A stretch of 64,000 nucleotides of DNA, from positions 33,294,001 through 33,358,000 of the forward strand of contig NC_088859.1 in NCBI RefSeq assembly GCF_963853765.1. The letters are read 5' to 3'. Below the pieces are notes generated by a model that worked only from the letters and a program-made list of their open reading frames with translations, had not been told where the DNA came from and ran no database searches. Below, in pieces: positions 39,744 through 45,700 of this stretch. The first letter of the stretch is position 1. Each line of letters begins with the position of its first letter. The DNA is from Magallana gigas. Taxonomy: Eukaryota. A program made the translations under genes and the position numbers.

Positions 39744-42700
39744 TGATATTAATTTCATTTGCACATACAATATATCATACAATATATATATACATGTAAG
39801 TATATTTAGCACAATTGAAAAGTCTGTTGACAAGATCAATTTCAACAAATTTAAGGGAGAGAAAATGAGGGACAGTAGGAAGTGGAGAGTGGGGGGAGAG
39901 AGTGGGGGAATTATGAGGATACATGTATCATGTCAGAAATATTTTATTAATAATTAGGCGTAATCAAAATATTTACTACCGAGTTGTTGTATTCAGACAA
40001 GGTATATATAAATCGTGCCTTATGTAAATATGTCAATGGTCAGGATCTACATGTACATGAGAAAAAGCCAGTCAGTCCATTGGTTTAAGAAATTATTATA
40101 TTTGCCTTGTTTTGTTGCAGTGTATTTAAGTGTAGTTATATGGGTTTTGAGATCAATCAGAAGTTCTTGGATTGATAAGTTTTCCTGTAGACATCTTTTC
40201 CTGTATATGTAAGATTTGATTATAAGAAAAATTATACCCAAATAAATTGAATTAGGGGTTCCTAATATAAATGATTTTTCCTCTAATGTAATATGTAAAC
40301 CTTTTCCGTCACATATTGATATAAAGTGGCTTAAAAGATTTTGGACATGTAAACAGTCCCAAAACAGATGCACGATAGTTTCTTCATTACTTTGACATAA
40401 AGAACACAACTTTGTGTCAGTTTTACCTATTTTAAATAAAAATGAGTTTGTTGTCAAAATATACTGATTTATTCGAAATTGCAACCATTGCAATTTAGAA
40501 TCCTTGGTGTATAAAAAGGGAAATGTGAAGATATTTTCCCACTGCAGGTCTAAAATTTCAAAAAACTTTCCCCATTTTACTTTTCCAAGAGGAGTAATGT
40601 TTTCTGTAGTAAGAATATTGTAGATATGTTTTGTTCCTTTTTTGTTGTTACAAAATGTTTTAATATTATGAGGAAGAAACGGTCTAAGGCTATTTGTTCC
40701 AATTTGAATTTTTGAGCTTGAGAGACTTGCTTTAATTGAATTTCTAAGTGATGCATAATTCAGAAAATTTGTTTTTATCTTAATTTTTTTTTGTAAATCT
40801 TGTAAAGAATAAAAATTTCCATTTTCATCAAGCAAATCTGCTATGTATACTATGTTCTTATCAAACCAGTTTGTATAGAAAACTGTTTTATTTTCAATTT
40901 TGATTTTCGGGTTGTTCCAAATGGGCTGAGTAATAAATTCATCCCATGATTGAACTTCTAATTTTTCTTGAATTATTTGAAAGACAGTAAATGTATCTTT
41001 CCAGAAAGGATTTTTTATTTCCTTTTTAACAACATTAATATAGTCTGATCCAGTTTTTAATATTTTTTCTATAGATACAGTTTTGCCAAGCAGCACTTTC
41101 CATTTTGTTTCTTGGGAATAAAGAATTCTTTTTATCCATGATGATTTTAATCCCAGATTGTAATTGTTAATATCAAGCATTTTTAAACCTCCATTAATAT
41201 AGTCTTGCACTACTTGCTTTCTTTTAAGTTTATCTACTTTGGAATGCCATAAAAAATTAAAAAGAGTTTCATTCAGATTTTTCATGAAAGTATTTGATGG
41301 GGAGGGTAGAGAAATGAAGAGGTGATTTAATTGTGCAATAAGCAATGATTTTATAAGAGTTATTCTGCCAAGTGGAGTAAGTCGTCGTTTACTCCATTGA
41401 TTGATGATATGCTTGATTTTTACTAATTTCTTGTCATAATTAAGTTTTGGTATATTTGTTAAGTCCACATCAAAATATATACCTAAAAGTTTAAAGGTGC
41501 TTGTCCATTGAAAGTTCATTTCCTCACATATCATATTAGAAGAGTATTTTTTACTACCAATCCAGACAAGTTGAGTTTTTGATATATTTATTTTGAGACC
41601 AGAAATTTGATAAAAGTTATTCAACTCTCTAATTGCTTCTCTGAGAGACCTCTCACTGCCATCTAATATAATAAGGGTATCGTCTGCATATTGTGATAAC
41701 AAAAATTCTGAATTATCTATGTTAATACCATTTATACCTTTATTATTTTTTAATTTAATAGCTAGTACTTCAGCACATAGTAAAAAGATATATGATGAAA
41801 TTGGATCACCCTGACGACAACCACGCTCTAATTTAAAAAAGTTGGATAAGTAACCTGCTTGTGATACAGAGGAGGAGGTGTTTTGTTGAAAAACTGATAT
41901 CCATTTTCTGAGCGATGGACCAAAGTTAAAGAATTGAAGCGTTTTATCAATAAATTTCCATGAGACAGAGTCAAATGCCTTTTCAAAATCAATCATTAAC
42001 AGTAATCCAGGAATGTCATTATTCTCAGTATATTGCATTAAATCATAAACAAGACGAGTATTTTCACCTATATATCTTCCTGGAACAAAGCCATTTTGAT
42101 CGGTACTGATAATTGAACTGATTATTGTTTTCATTCTTTGAGCAATGCAGCCTGACCCTATTTTATAAACTACATTTAATAAAGAGATTGGCCTCCAATT
42201 TTTCATGTAAAATTTACTTTTTCCATCTTTTGGTATGCAGGTGATTATACCCTGCTTTTGTGTAACAGATAACTCCCCTAGATTGTATCCGTGATTTATT
42301 GATCTAATAACAAAGTCTCCTAAGTGTTTCCAAAAGACTTTAAAGAACTCTGTAGTGAAACCGTCACTTCCAGGACTCTTATTATTCGACATTTTTTTCA
42401 ATACATGAGAGGCTTCATTATAAGTTATTTCACCTTCAAGGGTATTTCTTTGAGTATCGCTTAATTTAAAAATTTCAGAGTCTGATTCTAGAATCTCATT
42501 TAAATCATAGTCTTGAAATTCACCCTTGTTTTGATATAGATTTCTATAATAATTTTCTATCTCTAACAGGATTTCCTTTTGTCCATTGATTTCTTCGGAA
42601 CAATCTTCTTTTATTAATTTTGGGACAATTTTATTTACAAAATTTCTATTCTCAAGATTAAGAAAGTAACTTGTTGGTTTCTCTCCTTCACAGGTCCATT

Positions 42701-45700
42701 TAGCTCTTGATCTTACTAGACTTCCCATAAGTTTGTGATTTCTGATATTTTCTAATTCTTTCTTTTTAAAATTAATTGTTTGAATGTTTTCTTCATACTT
42801 TTCCTCCAACTGTTTTATTTGGTTTATTAAAAATTTCTCCTTTTCGTTATTTTTCTTTTTGGCATAGCTAGAATATGATATACATTTGCCCCTGATTTCC
42901 ATTAATAGTGTTTCAAGAAAGAGCTGGTCATTGACAGTGAATTGAATTTCATCATTTGGAATTTTGTCAATAGATGCATTGTTATATACGGGTACTGCAT
43001 AATTTTGTTTTATTTCTTGTATTTTTTTATTAACAACATCTAGGAATTCCTTATCATATAAAAGTGCATTATTGAACTTCCATAAACCTTTTCCATGTGT
43101 AAATTCATTGAATTTTAGACTAAGGAGTACTGGTGAATGATCTGACTTATAACTTGCTATGATTTCACTTTCTTGTGACATACACAGTAGGGTGTTTGAT
43201 ATTAAAAAGAAATCTAGTCTTGCTTGTTTAAGAGGGGTTGGTTTACGCCATGTGTACCTTTTCTTATCAGGGTGAGTTTCTCTAAAAATATCAATAAGAT
43301 TGAATTGATTTATTTTTTCTATTACTTTATCTCTTGCTTTAGGATTGTTAAGATGAAGATAATTGTAATAATCCAAATCGGGATCCATAATAAGATTAAA
43401 ATCGCCAACAACTATTATGTCTTTATTTCCTATTTCACTTACAATTTCAAAGAGTTCTTCATAAAAAAGGGGCGTGTCCTCATTTGGACCATACACTGTG
43501 ATCAAACTTAAACGATGGCTTTGAATGCTGAGGTCTAGTACCACAAAATTTCCAGAATCATTTGTAAAATTCTTATGTACTTTATATTCAAAATTGTTAT
43601 TGAAAAAAATTGCTACTCCTCTGGACTTTGAGGTAAAAGAATTAAAATAAACTTCATTGCCCCATTCGTTTTGAATACTATCTTCCATATCACAAGTGAA
43701 ATGAGTGTCTTGTAAACATAAAATATTGCATTGGGTTTGTCGATAATATTGAAAGACATCTTTTCTTTTCTTAAATTCGTGCAGACCCTGACAGTTAGCA
43801 GATATAATTTTTACCGAAGACATGTTACAGAAAAAGTTTGCTTACCTTGTACGATTCGCTGGAAATACAACAACACGGTCAAAAAATGCTCTTGTCCAAT
43901 AATTATACTAGTCTGAGGTTGATACATGATTGAGAAAGGAAACATACAGAAGGGGGAAAGAAAAGGAGTGCTCGATTGCTGGGTTTAAAGTTAAAGGCAC
44001 GTGCTGATGTACGGTGAATTTGGTTGAGGGGTTGAATGTTTACATTGGATATGCCGACACGTTACTAAAATTAGAGTAAACAATGGTAGACATAAATATT
44101 TCCGGAATTAAATTATAGGCATAATCAGAATGAAAAGTCGGCATTTGAATTAATTAATGGGATCTTTTCATGTGTTTGAAAATACATATACAGGTTTTTT
44201 TTTTTCAAAATACGTAATTATAAAGACAAGTAATTCGGACATTGTCCTTAATAGTTTATAGTGTGAATGAGGAAAATTCAGTTATTTTCCGGCGTCACTT
44301 GGATCATCTAGTTTGTTAACAAGGTCACAAACCAAGTTTTCCATGATGGAAAAACGGGCTGGGCCAATGTGCGAGCGCCCCATCCATCGCGTCAAAACAA
44401 TTGCAACGTCGTTGATCCGATTGTCTTGGAGGTACCTTAGCATTCTCCGTCCTGCCCCATGCTCCCGATCGTCGTGGTAATTTTCGATAGTTTTTCCACT
44501 TTGGTCGCGAAACCTGTATACGAGGATTCTGCTGTCGCAACTTGCAGCGTAAGGGTCTATTGATGTTTTTTTGTAGATATTCAGGGCCTCGTCCGAGGAC
44601 TGAATATTAGCACCAACCGCCATAAATTCAGACCCGTCTTTCTGCACCGGTTCCGTGGAGACAACCACAACGTCGTCCAAGGACTGATATTCCTCAGAGG
44701 AAATTTGCAAGGCATCCGCACTGGAAATAAGGGGTACCTCTTCCTCGTATTTCGTACCGTTTGGCATTGTTATCTCGTTTCTTTGAACTTTAACGTTAAT
44801 GTTCTGCTTGCGAAATGAATCCGCTTTATCAAAAAGTTTATTTCTAGCGGAGGTAAGGGGTGCGGGCTGTTGGGGAGTGATGAAGAAGGGTAAACGCTGT
44901 TTTGCAATTTTTTTTAGCCTCTGCGCGTTGAGAATCTCATCCTTTTTATTGCGATCCTTCAACTTAGCGGTTATTGTGACCGGTTTGTCATTGAACTGTG
45001 GGCGGACCCCGTTCCTGTGGATGCGGACAAACTCAACATCGACACCCAGTGATTGCTTTATATCATTGGGTATCGCTGTGGCCAAGTCCTCTTGTTGGGT
45101 ATAAGGATAGTTGTGAATCAATATATTGTCTTTCATCGATCTCGAGCGAAGATCAGTTATGTCATCATCGATGTGTGACAGTTTTCTGTCCATTCTAATC
45201 ACAACCGACCGCAGGAGATCAAGTTCACGCTTAAGTTGAGCATTTTCGGAGCGCAAGGTTGTAATTTCGGTATAATTACACTCGGCCTGGTCCGATATGG
45301 TTTTTAGTTTGTCACATAACGGACCCTGGTCACGCTCTGCTGAATGTTCGGTTTGCTTGGCTTTGGGTGAACTGTTGTCAGAATTTTTTTTGGATATTCC
45401 TTTGTTTCGTGTTTCCATGTTTCAAACAAACCCAAGTTGAAATTCCTCTTTTTTCCAGTATATATCAATACAGAACACTATTTGACACACAGTAAACCAA
45501 AATAGAATCCCACTTTGTATCAAAGACACTCCAATAAAACCAAAATCACCAGGACCAAAAAATTTACGTGCTCATGGCCTCGGGTGTCACGTGACTTTTT
45601 TCGTCACCAACATAATTACAAACTGAAAAGTGGGCTAATACTTCGTCTCTAACCAGAATTACCATTCCACCCCTTTTGCCAATGGTACGTGGGTACATAA

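Larger units (their letters stand above)
39707..45601 (-). mobile_element. Full-length L1/Tx1-type LINE with intact ORF1 and ORF2, 35-nt poly(A) and TSD
   Basis: T-run at 39707..39741, 11-12-bp TSD on both sides, two uninterrupted ORFs. Confidence 0.93.

Noticed and set aside
39429-39848. Poly-Lys protein
   Set aside because: Reads through the L1 poly(A) tail into the host LINE endonuclease remnant.
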